Below are positions 24,868-38,935 of a stretch of 64,000 nucleotides of DNA, piece after piece (within the stretch, counting starts at the first letter, position 1; each line of letters starts with the position of its first letter). The notes beneath the pieces are model-generated. The model had not been told where the DNA came from. It was given only the letters and a program-made list of their open reading frames with translations, and did no database searches. The stretch is from the NCBI RefSeq assembly GCF_009914755.1, contig NC_060942.1. One strand, written 5' to 3'. This DNA comes from the human T2T-CHM13v2.0 reference genome, Homo sapiens. A program made the position numbers and the translations under genes.

Positions 24868-27214
24868 CATTTTGTTCATCTTTAAATTCAATTATTTGTG
24901 GGTGTTTTCTTTTTTTTTTTTGCTATTGAGTTGTTTGAGTACTTTATATATTCTGATTATTAAACTCTTTGGGGATGGAGAGTTTGAAAATGTTTTTCCC
25001 CATTCCATTGGTTGTCACTTCACTTTGCTAATAATTTTCTTAGCTGTGTAGAAGCTTTTGAGCTTGATTTAATCCCATGTGTCTGCTTTTGCTTTGGTTG
25101 CCCATCTTTTTGAGTCTAACCCAAATAGTCTTTGCCAGACCAATGACCTGAAGTGTTTTCTCAATATTTTATTTTAGTAGTTTCATTGTTTCACATCACA
25201 CATTAGAGTCTTTAATTCATCAAAATTTGATTTTTGTATATGATTATCCAATATTCTCAGCACCTTTTATTAAAAAAACTGTCCTTTCCCCAGTATATGT
25301 TCTAGGCACTATTTTCAAAAATGAATTCGTTGTAAATTTGTGAGTTTCTATTTAGGTTCTCTATTCTGCTCCACGAATCCATGTGTCTGTTTTTATGCCA
25401 GTAATATGCTATTTGGGTTGCTATGGCTTTTCAGCATATTTTGAAGTCAAGTAGTGTGATGCCTCCAGCTTTCTTCTTTTTGCTCAAGATTGCTTTGGGT
25501 ATTTGGGGTATTTTGTGGTTCTGTATGAAGTCTAGGATTTTTGTTCTATTTCTGTGAAGAATGTCATTGGTATTTTGATAGAGATTACATTGAATCTGTA
25601 GATAACTTTGGGTAGTTTAAACATTTCAACAATATTAATTCTTCCAGTCATGAGCTGGGATATATTTTCATTTGTTTATGTTCTCTTCAATTTCTTTCTT
25701 CACTGTTTTATAGTTTTCCTTGTAAAGATTTTTTACTTCTTTGGTTAAATTTACTCATAGGCATCATTTTTGTAGCTATTGTATTGTGATTACTTTCCTA
25801 ATTTCTTTTCTAGATTGTTCACTGTTGGCGTATGTAAGTGCTACTGAATTTTATAAGCTCATTTTGCATCCTGTAACTTTGCTGAAGTTCTCTGTAAGTT
25901 ATAATAGTATTTTAGTGGAGTCTTTAGATTTTTCTAAATATAATATTATGTCATACGCGAAAAAAGGTAATGACTTATTTTCCAATTTGGATGCCCTTTA
26001 TTTCTGTTGCCTAAATGCTCTGGCTAGAACTTCTAGCACTGTACTGAATAAAAGTGATAAAAATGAAGATGATTTTCTTGTTTTGGATCTTAGAGGAAAG
26101 GCTTTAATTTTTCACCGTTCAGCATAATGTTGGCAGTGTGCTTGTCATACATGGTGTTTATTGTTTGAGGTATGTTTTTTCCTCATTTTCTTGAGAATTT
26201 TTATCACAAAGGAATGTTGAATTTTGTCAATTTTTTTCAGCACCTATTGAGATGATTATATGGTTTTTGTCCTTCATTCTGCTAATGTGATATACCACAT
26301 TTACTGATTTGCCTATGTTGAAATATCCTTGCATCCCTGGGATGAATCCCACTTGATCATTATAAATGATCTTTTTATCATGATTTTTTTTTCAGTTTGC
26401 TACTATATTGATGAAGATATACATCTATGTTCATCAGGGATATTAGCCTGTAGTTTTTTCTTTTTGTTGTGTTCTTGTGTGTTTTTGGCATCAGTGTAAT
26501 TCTGGCCTCGTAGAATGAGTATGGAAGAATTTCTTCCTTTTCAAATTTTGGAACAGTTTAGGCAGAATTGTATTAGTTATTCTTTCAATGCTTGACAGAA
26601 TTTAGCAGTGAAGCCATCTGGTTTTACTTTGATGGGTATTACTGCTTTGATCTCATTACTTATTATTAGTCTGTTTGGGTTTTCTAGTTCTTCATAATTC
26701 AATCTTGGTAGGTTCTTTGTGTCCAGTAATTTATCCCATGATAGGTTTTTCCATTTTGGGGTGTATATTTGTTCATAATAGTTTCTAATGACTTTTTTGC
26801 ATTTCTGTCCTATCTGTTGTCATATCTTTTTTTGTGTGCTTTTTTAATTAAATTTATTTGGGCCTTCTCTTTTTTCTTGGTTATTGTAGGTAAATTTACC
26901 AATATTGTTTATCTTTTCAGAAAAAAATCTTTTGTTTCATTGATCTTTTGTATTTTTCTTATTCCTCACTTTATTTCTTATCTGAAATTTATCATTTCTT
27001 TCCTTTTTTAAATTTTATTTTCTTACTAATTCTGGGGTGGACTTGTTCTTGCTTTGCTGGTTCTGTCGGGTGCATCACGAGATTTTTTTATTCGAAATCT
27101 TTCTACTTTTTTGATGTAGTTGTTTATAGCTGTAAACCTTCCTCTTACTACTGATTTTACCATATGCCATGTATTTTGGTACATTGTATTTTCATTTTCA
27201 TTTGTTTTAAAGTA

Positions 27215-27309
27215 TTTTTATTTTCAAAATTATTTATTCATTTATTTTTATATTGGAAGGTTTCCCACTAGAAAATTCGCTAGACAGATTCTAAAAGAAC
27301 TGTAACATT
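27215..27309 (-). pseudogene. U7 snRNA retropseudogene with A-rich tail
   Basis: Minus strand AATGTTACAGTTCTTTTAGAATCTGTCTAGCGAATTTTCTAG..GGGAAACC versus U7 CAGTGTTACAGCTCTTTTAGAATTTGTCTAG...; A-rich tail follows (27215-27254). Confidence 0.85.
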
Positions 27310-28084
27310 TATTAATATATCTTTACATTTCCATCTTGATTTCTTCATTGACCCATTAATTGTTCAGGAACTTGTTTTTTAATTTCCATGTGTCTGTATG
27401 GTTTCAAGTTCTTCTTGTTTTTAATATCTAGTTTTATACCATTGCAGTCATAAAAGATACTTGATATGATTTTGACCTTTTTGAATTTGTTGAAATTTAT
27501 TTTTTGACCTAACCTATGGTCTATCCTGGAAAATGTTCCATGTTTTGGTAGAAAAAAATGTGTATTCTGTAGCAGTTGGATAAATTGTCTGTAAATGTCA
27601 ATTAGGTCAATTTGGTATAGATTGTAGTTCATTTCCAATGATTCTTTGTTGACTTTTGTCTGGATGATCTGTCCATTGCGGGAAGTGGGTGGTGACATTT
27701 TCTACTATTATTGTATTCCAGTGTATTTCTCCCTTTAGATATATTAATATTTCCTTTATATATTTGCATGCTCCAGTGATGGGAGTATATATATATGTAC
27801 AGGTTTTATATCCTTTTGTTGAATTGACTCTTTTGTTATGATATAGTGACCTTTGACTCTTTCTTACAGGATGGTGCCTATTGGGTGGAGACCTATCCAA
27901 AGCTGTTGGCCAGAACATCTACAGGTAACTTTGTTTCTTCACAACCTGATGTGCTGGGTACAAACACAAGAACCCTGAGATAGAGGTAGTCTGTTGGAAG
28001 CTAAATTGTCTTTTAAAAATAATTCTTAGAAGTCATAAAGCCTTTTTTTCTTGTGGAATTCTGCTGTCAATATTGCTAAAACAC

Positions 28085-28215
28085 TGTGAAAGATACACTC
28101 GGGTTCAAAGGGAGAAAATAGAGACTCCCTCCTCTTGAAGGACTGTCAATGTAAATGCATGTAAGATGGAATATATATCAGTGCAGTTATTGTTGGAAAA
28201 TTCCATCTAAATACA
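28085..28215 (-). mobile_element. Old MLT1 (J/K-like) LTR fragment
   Basis: ggttcaaagggagaaaatagagactccctcctcttga...ttggaaaattccatct. Confidence 0.45.
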
Positions 28216-28660
28216 AAGTATACAAGTCAACTATATTCCTATATATCAGGAATGAAGAGTTGGAAAATGAATGATTTTTAAAACACCATTTATAATAGCT
28301 TAAAAATAACATGACCTGGTTAGATTTAAATTAAAATTGCATGTGTAAAAGCTGTACATTAAAAACTAAATACAATATTGTTGAGGTAAGTAAGAGTGCC
28401 TAAATAAATGGGAAGATATATCACAGCCTTGGATTGAAACTCTCAATGTTGGTAAAATCTTAGTTTTATCCAAATAGGTCAACTGACTCAAGGCAGTTCC
28501 ATTCAAAATGCTAGTAGGGTTTTGTTTGTTGTTGTTTTGGGTTTTTGTTTGTTTGATTTTGTAGACAGAGAGTAAAAAATGACAAACAGAGTCTAAAATG
28601 TATATACTAATGCAAAATGTCTGTATCAGTAAAAATAACTAGTGGAAGAAAACTCAGCGA
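28216..28660 (+). mobile_element. Ancient L1M ORF2 fragment
   Basis: aagtcaactatattcctatatatcag...cctaaataaatgggaagatata...ggattgaaactctcaatgtt. Confidence 0.7.
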
Positions 28661-30184
28661 AGTCTGCAAAAGGAATGGCATTAATACTTTCTACATGTCT
28701 GCAGGTGATTTTTTTTTAAACGATGGCAAACATTTGCTACATTCATAATCCCCTTGTACATTAAAAAAAAATACAAACACTTGTGATACAATTTTTTTGT
28801 GCAGATATATGCTATGTAAATGAGAATGTAAACTTTCATTCCCAATTTGTCCATTTTCATTAATACAGATGGTGCTATATGCAAAATCATTTATATGTTG
28901 CCTAGTAAATATGAAATGAATATTTTTATTTTAATTAAAAATCAATTGTATATAGACAAATTAATCCTTTACTTTCTATAAAAATGGTAAAATCTCAGGA
29001 CAAAATATTATTTGCCAAGAATCATAAGCTAGGCTACCATGACTTTACAATTAGATATTGTTCTAGAAATGGCTTTTTCTGGCTTACTTTAGATTCATAT
29101 GAGAGACTTGCATTTGCAGTTTTAGATGCTTGATGGAGACAGAAACTTAAATATTCGACTATAAAAATAACAAGGTGATGGATAGAAATTTTTCTAAAAT
29201 GCTTCTATTAAATGATGGATATATGATGAAGAATAATAAATAAGTATACTTCACAGTCTCAAAACTAGTAGACTAGAAATATGAATCCCCTGTCACCAAC
29301 TACCCATGTATGCACGACTAAATAAAAGTATTTTATTTATATTTAAATTTATGAAACCATTCTGGGTTTCTGTGATTCTCTCCATTTGAGCTATACGATT
29401 TTAAGCTTTTTCTGCCCCCCATAACAGTTATTTCCTTTGATTAGGAACAAAATCAATTAGTCATTTTGGATGTCCTGATGTTAAAAAAAAATCCAAATTT
29501 CTGATTTTTAGGAATCAAAAAAATCATAGCTTCTATATTTATTTAAACTGTTATCTAATAATTAGTCTCTGAAATAGCTCAGAAATATTTTTTAGTTACT
29601 GTTATAATTTGCTATCTCATTTAATTCGCTTAAAATATTTAAAAGTATATTAACCTTTTAAATTAGTTGTATTATTTTGTGGCACTTTCAACACTAACAT
29701 TGTTTTTGGATATTAGCTTTTGAATTTCCTGATTTGTGGGTTTAATTTTAACTCTAATTGCTCATAATTATACATATTCCCATTGAATTCATGAAGGTAT
29801 TTTATTAAATGCTTACTTAAATTGAAAAAATGAACCATACAAAATTGTCTTCTTTTAAGTAAGTACTTTCAAAAATCATTTCATTAGCATATTATAAATG
29901 GCACTAGCAAATACAGACTGCATATAGGAACAATAATTTGCTTCCCCATGGATATTTTATGTTGTGACAGAATAGCATAAGAGCTTTACCGAATTTTTTA
30001 ATTATAGAGATCAAGTTAGATACTATTCTAAATGTTGTGAAATTATTTTGTTTTAATATTGTGAAATTTAGTATCATGTTCCAGGAACAAATAAAGAGAA
30101 TAATAATTTGAAAGAAAATATTAGTTGTTAATTTTAGAAGAGGGTGAATGGTTGATATCGGGGCAGCTCTGAACTGTCATTGGT

Positions 30185-30400
30185 GGCTATTAAGCATTTA
30201 CAAAACATTGGTGACTGCAAAGGTTTTTACATGGATAAACATACTACTCACAAAACCTTACAAAGCATGTATTAGAAATAACTTCAAGTAAAGAGAACTT
30301 AGCTAATTTGTCCAGGGTTGAATAGAAGGAAATAGGAATAGGACTTGAACCTCTCCTTGTTTGACTTGTCAAACTGAGCTCAAAACACTAAGCTGTACTC
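30185..30400 (-). mobile_element. MIR fragment
   Basis: taatttgtccaggg...ggacttgaacct...tgacttgtcaaactgagctc. Confidence 0.5.
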
Positions 30401-30708
30401 ACTGGGGTTGTCAAATTGAAAATATGGTATACATACTACAAATACATATATTTTTAAACTCATCTAATAAACATTTGCTAAAGTCAACTATGTACCATGC
30501 ATTTATGAAAGATAAATGCTGCATTTTTGTGCATGATGTTTGAAACTAGATTTATTGTTCTAGTGTGCTCTTGCAAATATTTGGATCTATTTGCAAGAAG
30601 TTTGTAGTTTTCTCTCACAGCCTTTTTTCCAAAAGCTAGTGGTGAGTGAGTACGGCTTTCCCTGCTTTTCACGTACCCAGGAAACTTGACCTCCGTCATC
30701 ATTGAAAG

Positions 30709-31074
30709 CAGGGGTCCTCAACCAGTGAGCTGCAGACTAGTATTGGTCCGTGGCCAGTTAGGAACCAGGCTGCACAGCGGGAGGTGAGCAGCATCCAGTG
30801 GTGGAGGGATCATTACCACCTGAGCTCCACCTCCTGTCACATCAGCAGCATCATTAGATTCTCATAGGAGCACAAGCTATTGTGAACTGCGCATACAAGG
30901 GATCTAGGTTGCACGCTCCTCACTGGAATCTAACTAATGCTTGATGATCTGATGATCTGAGGTGGAACAGTTTCATGCCCAAACCACCTCCCTCACCCGA
31001 AACCCCACCCCTGTGGTGAAAATATTGTCTTCCATGAAACGGGTCCTTGGTGCCAAAAAGGTTGGGAACCACTG
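30709..31074 (+). mobile_element. MER1B (hAT-Charlie MITE)
   Basis: TIRs caggggtcctcaacc / ggttgggaaccactg; internal ttagattctcataggagc and gatgatctgaggtggaacagtttcat; degenerate 8-bp TSD attgaaag/agctaaag. Confidence 0.9.
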
Positions 31075-31569
31075 AGCTAAAGTACTTTCTCCATTGTCCT
31101 TAGTTTTAATGTTGTACTTACCCCTGTTTGCTGTTCTCTTACTTTTTAAAACAATTTCATCCTGTTCTTTCTCACAAATTATTACTTTGTTGATGGCGAG
31201 CCCCAAATCTCTTCTATCTTGGTACACCAAGTACTTAGAAAAGCACCTGTGCATACTAAGTACACAAAATGGTGATTAAATGGACATTTGTTATATACAA
31301 TATAGCAGTTGTTTAACAATATTTTTGTGAATGCAAAAGTAATACAACTTTATTGTCATAGAAAGCCATAATGATTTGGTTCATCAATATTTGAACTATC
31401 CTGTTACACATTTAGAAAATTTGTTACCAACTGAATCTAACTTGTTACTTAACATTTTCCCTGGAATAAACACATGGCTATATTTTTGTGAAACCATGTG
31501 GGTTTTGTAAATGAAAAGAATGAGACATGTTGTTTTCTAAAGTTAGTGAATTTAGATATCTTTGATCTT

Positions 31570-31690
31570 TAAGGGTCTGAAACATGGAGTTCATACTTCA
31601 GGTCCACTCTCCCTAAGCTGCCACCTTAGCTCCTCTGAACCTGTTTTCCCATCTTTAATATGAGTATAATAAATGTATTTGCCTAATATG
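31570..31690 (+). mobile_element. MIR fragment
   Basis: cctctgaacctgttttcccatctttaatatgagtataata. Confidence 0.55.
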
Positions 31691-31829
31691 TGCATGCAAG
31701 CAAGAAGAGGATATGACACCCAAGAAAACGTAATTGTTTGTGACTATTTTAAGGTTGTCAGGAAGGACTGGAGCTATATGATCTACTTAAACACCTCTAC
31801 GTCCCTTTGCCCCATTTTGACAACAAAAG

Positions 31830-32292
31830 GACAAATGTAGCAACTCCAGCCAAATACAGACACAGTGGCCTAGGGAAGAGGTGATAATGGAAGGAAACAG
31901 ATATTTTAATGGATAGTGGAAGTGGGCAGTGCTGAGAATCGGTTGTGGCCCTGCACAAGCTGTTAGTGGGGCTGTAGTTTGTCCCACAGCTCTTCCTTAT
32001 TTATGTTTTCACCAGGAAGATTTGTGGAAGAGTTGTTTTCAGAAAGTATATAGACAACTGAATCCAAGCGGTGGCATGGATGGACTGTGGTGGACTCCCA
32101 GATGTTCCTTTAATGAAAGTCTTCTTTCCACTGCTGCTGGGCATGCATCAGAGCTCAGATTCTCTCTCTGTCCAGCCTTATTTCCATTCTTTCCCTTCCA
32201 CAGGTGTTGACACCAGAGGTACTCCTTAGTACACATCCTATGCTCTAAGCTCCACCTGAATCTCTGCTTTCTGGGGAACCCAAACTGTGACA
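31830..32292 (+). mobile_element. ERVL (ERV3-16A-like) internal 3' end plus internally deleted LTR16-type LTR (32086-32292)
   Basis: PPT-like ggatggac then tgtgg; LTR16-type end cccttccacaggtgttga...tctctgctttctggggaacccaaactgtgaca. Confidence 0.7.
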
Positions 32293-32536
32293 CCTCCCCA
32301 TTCTCTGTCATATGTCTGGCTGAAACTCTAGAGGTCTTGCTTCGGTGAGTATTCTGTCACCTTTACCATCAACTCATCACTATTTGCTCACTCTTTCCAT
32401 CAGCATCTGAACGTACATTTCCTGATCTAAAACAAACAAACAAACAAAACAAAAAAAAATCTTCACCTCAAACCCATACAATCTTTGAGCTCAATCCCAT
32501 TTTAGGAGTAAAATCTTTATAGAACTGTTATTGCAG

Positions 32537-32670
32537 GTTATAGACTGAACTCTGTCCCCTGCCAAACTTCCTACATTGAAGCCTAAACCTCTGTCCGATA
32601 AGACTATGTTTAGAGGTCATAATGGTGGGACTCTAATACAATAACACTGACGTCCTTATAAGATGAGGAA
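32537..32670 (+). mobile_element. MLT1 LTR 5' fragment
   Basis: gttatagactgaactctgtcccc...cattgaagcctaaacc...gaggtcataatggtggg...gtccttataaga. Confidence 0.6.
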
Positions 32671-33460
32671 AAGCTAGAAGAATGTAATGTAAGCCAGAAG
32701 CTTATACCTGAATAATACATATATATAAAATAAATAACAAATATTTTATTGATGCTAAAAAGAGTACTTAATTCCTGAAAAAAATTGTTTAGAAAATATC
32801 GCATAGATACCAGAGGAAAGGCAACTTATCTCTGTTGGAAAATAAGGCTATTACATTTACTTTCCAGTATCCTAGTAAACAAAATTCAAGGTTACAACTT
32901 ACAATGTATTTTTACAGTAACAATATTTCCCATTAAGCACAATACAATACATCTTTTTAAGGATTTTTTGGATGGATTTTTCTCTGAGCTGTATTTAGCC
33001 TTGAATAGTGCATCCTGATGAAAAAATTTCCTAGAAACGGATGTTAAAAAACAAGAGCTTATGAAATTCCATTTTATCTACAAAGAGACGGCAGTGAAAA
33101 AGAAAAAAAAACTTACAACCAATGAAAAATTGTAAGTCTTTTGCTACTAAAAAGTTCTTTTATTGTATTAACACACTGTCAGAACATATAAGCCTATTTC
33201 ACATAGCAATCAATTCTAAAACAATTACAAATTTTGCAACACAGCTCTAGAAGAGATCTTTGAGCTGTCCTGGGTGAAAACATTCTCTAAAAATAATAGA
33301 ACTGTATTTTTGAAGGGAGGGGCATAAGAATTGTACTTCTCTATGGAAAAGTATTAAAAATAAGTATTTAGATTTTTGTTTTATATTTTAGAAAACTAGA
33401 AAATATATACATGCAAGACTAGAATTTAGATGTAATATTTGCTACCCAGTGGTAATTTCT

Positions 33461-33768
33461 TTTTATCTTTTTCTTTTTTTGTCTTTTTGAGACAGGGTCT
33501 CACTCTGTCACCTAAGCTGAAGTGCAGTGGTGTGATCATGGTTCACTGTAGTCTCGATCTTCTGGGCTCAAGCTATCCTCCTGCTCAGCCTCCTGAGTAG
33601 CTGGGAGTACAGGAGTACCTCACCATGCCTAGCTAGTTTTTTATTTTTTGTAGAAACGGTGCCTCACTATGCTGCTCATAGTAGTCTTGAACTTCTGGGT
33701 GTAGGTGATCTTCTTGCCTCGGCCTCCTAAAGTGCTGGAATTACAGGTGTGAGCCACTGCGCCCAACC
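33461..33768 (-). mobile_element. AluJ with intact 15-bp TSD
   Basis: J-type gagacagggtctcactctgtcacc, gggctcaagc; TSD CCAGTGGTAATTTCT at 33446-33460 and 33770-33784. Confidence 0.93.
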
Positions 33769-33954
33769 TCCAGTGGTAATTTCTGTGTGCATTTGATCAG
33801 ATAACTATCTGTTATTTCTTTCTCTTTATATATATATTTTTCATTCTAAACAGAATGCTGGTAATTATCATGGAATTGAATTTTGTTTTCCTCCGCTTCC
33901 CCTCCGCTTCATGTAATCCTCACAGAGAAACTCCTTTGCCAATGCGATTCCTGA

Positions 33955-34328
<374 letters not shown>

Positions 34329-35374
34329 CACATGTCTCTTTTCTGTAATTAACTTGGAAGAATGTGTAAACAGTTACCCTGGACATCTCTAGAGAAGCAC
34401 AGAAGTTCCTGAGGTTGAGGGTGTATACCCAGGTAAGCTAGAAATTGGGAACAGAAATAATGTTCCATAGAACTAGAAGCCCTGGTGTATTCAGCACAGA
34501 ATAAGAACTAAAAAAACAGAAGGGAGCAGAAGAAATGAGTTACAACCAGAGAAGGCCACTAGCATGGAGAACAACACTCAGACCTGATGACCATCCCTAG
34601 GGTGACCAGATGCTTATGCACTTCCGGGATCACTTAGGGAGAGAATGGGAGGTGATGACTCTTAGGATAACTGAATACCTATCCCAAAGAAACTCAAGTT
34701 TCAGTCAGATGGAACTAAGTTTCTATAAATGAGAAAACATATCTGTTTGCCAACAGTGGATAGGGGCATTGTGAGGTGTTTTAATGTACATTTGAATAAA
34801 TAGATTTACCTCACTGCACATCCAAGACGGCAGAACGGTAACTACATATTTTAACCCGCTAGATATACATTCATTAATGTAATTTGTTTTTATTTCCAAA
34901 TGTCAATGTTATGAACATTCTTCTACACCAGTAAGTATATATCTACTAAATAATTTTTAGTATTACAGAATTTTTTATTGCATGAATTTACATGTTTGCC
35001 CAGTTTCTTTTGCTTCTTACTTTTCTGTTTTATGTAGACTTTTTTTGTTTTATAGAGGTATATAAGTATTTAGACTTCACCAGATTTCCCGTAAATGTTC
35101 TTTTTATGTTTCAGCGTCCAACTCAGAATATTATGTTTTATTTAGTTACTATATCTCTTTGGCCTCCTTCAGTTTGTCCTACTTTCTCTTTTAAAAGAAT
35201 TTTCATGACTGAAACTTTTGAAGACTACTGGTCAGGTATTTTGTAGGATGCTTTTCAACTGGAGTTTGCATGATGTTTCCTCATGATTAGATTGGAGTTA
35301 ATATAGGTGTGAAAGAAAAATACAAAAAGGTGGGGTGTACTTCTAGTCTCATGTGTCAAGTTGGATGACCTGTA

Positions 35375-35759
35375 AGACACTCCTCAACTTATGATGGGGT
35401 TTGTTGAAAATATTCTAAGTCGAAAATACATGTAATGCACCTAACCTATAAAGGAACATCACAGCTTAGCCTAGGCTGCCTTAAACATGCTCAGAACATT
35501 TACATTAGCTTACAGCTGGGCAAAGTTATCTGGCAATACAGTTCTCTAGAGTCTGATTTGTATACCCTTGTGATTTTGTGGCTGACTAGGAACTGCCACT
35601 TGCAGCCACTCACCAGCATTGCGATAGCATATTGATAGCCCAGGACAAAGATGAAAATTCAAAATTTAAAGTATAGTTGCTACTGGATGAATACTGCTTT
35701 TGCATCATTGCAAATCCAAAAAATCCTAAGTCAAACAATTTTAAGTTGGAGGCTGTCTG
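35375..35759 (+). mobile_element. MER47B-like TcMar-Tigger MITE
   Basis: agacactcctcaacttatgatgggg ... ttaagttggaggctgtctg termini; TA flanks; gcttagcctaggctgccttaaacatgctcagaaca. Confidence 0.82.
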
Positions 35760-36061
35760 TATTACCCAGCGATTTAATCAAACACTAATTTATATGTTGT
35801 AGTGAAGGTATTTTTGTAGACATGATTAACATCCACAGTCAATTGACTTTAAGTGAAAGAGATTGTCCTACACAATGTGGCTGGGCCTCATCCCAGTCAG
35901 TTGAAAGCCTTAAGAGCAAAAACTGAGGTTTCTTTGGGAAAAAGAAATTCTGTTTAAGGCTGCATTGTCAAATCCTGCCTGAGTTTCCAACCTGCTGGCC
36001 TCCCCTATAAATTTCACACTTGCCAGCCCCAATAATCACATGAGCCAATTCCTTAAGATAA

Positions 36062-36113
36062 ATGTATGTATGTATGTATGTATCTATCTATCTATCTATC
36101 TATCTATCATCTA
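36062..36113. repeat. Compound STR (TATG)4(TATC)7
   Basis: Counted directly from the sequence. Confidence 0.95.
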
Positions 36114-37659
36114 TGATCTATTATTTCTGTTGCTTTGGAAAATCCTAACAAACAATTTCTCATTGCATGATATTAGTAGTTACATAATATCCACACGACT
36201 CGACTGGCGATATTAACATTGATCATTTGGTTTACTTGGTGTCTGTCAGGTTCCTTCTCTGTAAAGTTTCTATTTTTCTCTTATGTTACTCTACATTTTA
36301 CAAATGAGTTGTGAATTCCAGTCCACACTCAATGGGAGGAGAATTAAGTTCTACTTCTTGGAAGAGGGAGTGTCTACACATATTACTTGGAATTCTTTCA
36401 TAAAGATTAGTTCTGTCTCCCTTGTTTATTTATTGAATTATTTATTTATATTAATATTGATTCATCTATACTCATTTTGTATTTTGGGTTATAATTCAAT
36501 AATATCGGTATTTATTTTTCTGTTTAATTTTTTCCATTTGTGGACATTGAGAATTCTTTTAGTTAGCTCCTGTGTCTGATGAACCTCTACCTTTTCTTTT
36601 CTTTTACTTTCTGCTCCTCTCCCCTCCCCTCCCCTTCCCTTCCCTTCGTTTAACATTTGTTCCTAACACTACAGGGTCTCCCAGATCATCTTGTATTTTT
36701 TCTACCCTAGGTTAGAGTCAGCCATTTTCTAAAATACCTTGGTTACACTTGTTGGAGAATGGTCTCTGGAAACCAAGAGCTGAGTGCTGAATGTGCACAT
36801 TGCTACTGCAGTGTCATTATTTCTAGGATCTCTCAGTGGACAGAGCTAGGGAGTGTATGTGTATGTGTAAGAAGCCATGGAAATGCACACCTCTAAAATT
36901 AGTCATTATCAATATGCACACACATACACACACACATAGAACCATGAGTATGCATGTGTCTAAGTATATGTGTATGTGTGTGCATATTGATAAAGTGCAT
37001 ACTGATGGCTCTGATGCTAATCTAGTATATCAGGGCTCATTCTAGGTCTCCTCCCTTGCTTATTTTAACATTTTTATCTGACAGTGAGAAACCTGGCTCT
37101 CATCTATAATTTATTACTTACATGTTTAAGCCCATAATACATATTAAATTGTTTCAGAACTACTCAACCCATATGGTTGTGAGAAACCAATTTACTGACT
37201 AGAGTACAATGTTCATGTATAGTTCTTTTTCTCTGTAGTCTTACAGTATTCAGTAAAAACATTGTTTTCCAGTTACTTTGGTCAGTTCCCTTTTATCCTC
37301 CAGTCCCTTCACTGATGGCCTGTCATACATATGTAATACATTGAGTTATGTGTCACTGTCTGTACTCCATCCTGGAATCCCTTTAAATTTTGGGTGATTT
37401 TCAAAAATTTTGCATGTAATGAAGTTCATTCTCTATAGATTTTGACAAATGAAGAGAGTCAGGTACCCAGTACTTCAGTAGCATACAGAACAGTTCTATA
37501 ACCCTAAAAATACTTCTGTGTAGTTCCTTTGTAATCAACCAATTCCCTCCTCACCAACCCCTCTGATGGTTTAAGGAAAGATGTTAATTTGTAGTTTATT
37601 CTATTAAGGATGAGAATAATATTCTTTGTTATTCTGCACATTTTTAAAGTGAGTCCAGA

Positions 37660-38935
37660 AGTCTAGTCAATTGATTGTTGATAAAGGGTCAAGATTCTTC
37701 AATGAAAAAGGATATTATTTTCAATAAGTTGTGCTGGATCAACTGGATGTTAATTTTTTTAATGATCATTAACTCACACAATACATAAAATATCAACTCA
37801 AAGTGGATTATAGATCTAAATGTATTATTAACTCATAAAATTCTTAGAATAAAATCTTTAAAAATTTGGGGTAGGCAATGTTTTCTCATATAGAAAAGAA
37901 ATAACACAACCATTTAAGTGACATATAAAATTTTTATATGTGTATATGACATATATTTCATTCTATACATAATTTGACTTCGTCAAAATAAAATGTTTTG
38001 CTATTTGAAAGACACTATTATGAAAATGAAAAGGCAACCCATAGACTGAGAGAAAATATTCATAAGACATTCATCATACCAAGAACATACATTCAGAATA
38101 TATAAAGATCACTTACAGTTCAATAATAAGACCCCAAACCATGATTTTAAAAAAGGAAAAATGTGCTTCACAAAAAAGATATACAAATTACCAATAAATA
38201 CATGAAAAATTGTACTATGATTACTTAGGAGAAAATTGCAAATTAAAACTGAATGACATAGCACTACATACCTACATGGAGTGACTAAAGCACTACATAG
38301 AGTGACTAAAGTTAATTTTAAAAATCCCTCCCATAACTTTCATGGTCAAGTATGTGCACCAACCTGAACTCCCATACAACGCTTGTGGGAATATAAGTGG
38401 TACAGGCATGTTGGCAAACACTTGCCATTTTCTTACAAAGTTAAACAAACACATATCAAGACTGTTTGGCATTTTACCCAAGAGAAATGAAAAGATGCAT
38501 ACAAAGATGTGTACATCCAAATTCAGACATTTTTTGTTTCTAATAGCTTCAAACTGGAAACAATAGAAGTGTCTATCAGATGCATGGATAAACAAATTGT
38601 AGCATATCTATAGCAAAAAAGAAACATATTGTCTATAAACAAGTATGCGCCTTAATATGGTTAGGCTGATTGAAATAACCCAGGAAAAACAATCTGACTA
38701 CATAGCATGAGATTCTGCTTGCGCATAATTCCGGAAAGTGCAAATGAATCTGTAGTGACACAAAGTATATTAGTGATCATCTGGGGATATTAATGGAAGA
38801 AGTGATAAAAGGAAGCCTTGGATGGTGATAGAAATGCTGGCTCTCTTGATTTTGGTGATGGCTTTTTATAGGATACCATACATACTCAGAAAATTTTACC
38901 ATTGATTGTATTTAAATTATACTTTATGAAAACTA
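37660..38935 (+). mobile_element. Ancient L1M(D/E) ORF2 end and 3' UTR
   Basis: ttttcaataagttgtgctgg; aaaatgaaaaggcaacccatagactgagagaaaatatt; tctcttgattttggtgatgg. Confidence 0.8.

Larger units (their letters stand above)
22280..27868 (-). mobile_element. 5'-truncated L1MA-type element (3' UTR to ORF2 endonuclease region), interrupted by several insertions
   Basis: L1MA-type 3' end (tacatattttgggggtacatgtgata); continuous reverse ORF2 homology; minus ORF 27345-27698 HGTFSRIDHRLGQK...YDCNGIKL resembles ORF2 endonuclease. Confidence 0.88.
35345..36154 (+). mobile_element. MLT2D-like ERVL LTR, split by MER47B
   Basis: atgtgtcaag...; caaacactaatt..tgttgtagtgaaggtattttt; gggcctcatcccagtcagttgaa; aatcacatgagccaattcctta; end aatcctaacaaaca. 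Confidence 0.82.
35040..37565 (-). mobile_element. L1MC-type 3' region interrupted at 35345-36154
   Basis: acttttgaagactactggtcaggtattttgtag...tgatgtttcctcatgattagatt; resumes at ttctcattgcatgatatt...ctgtaaagtt. Confidence 0.75.
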
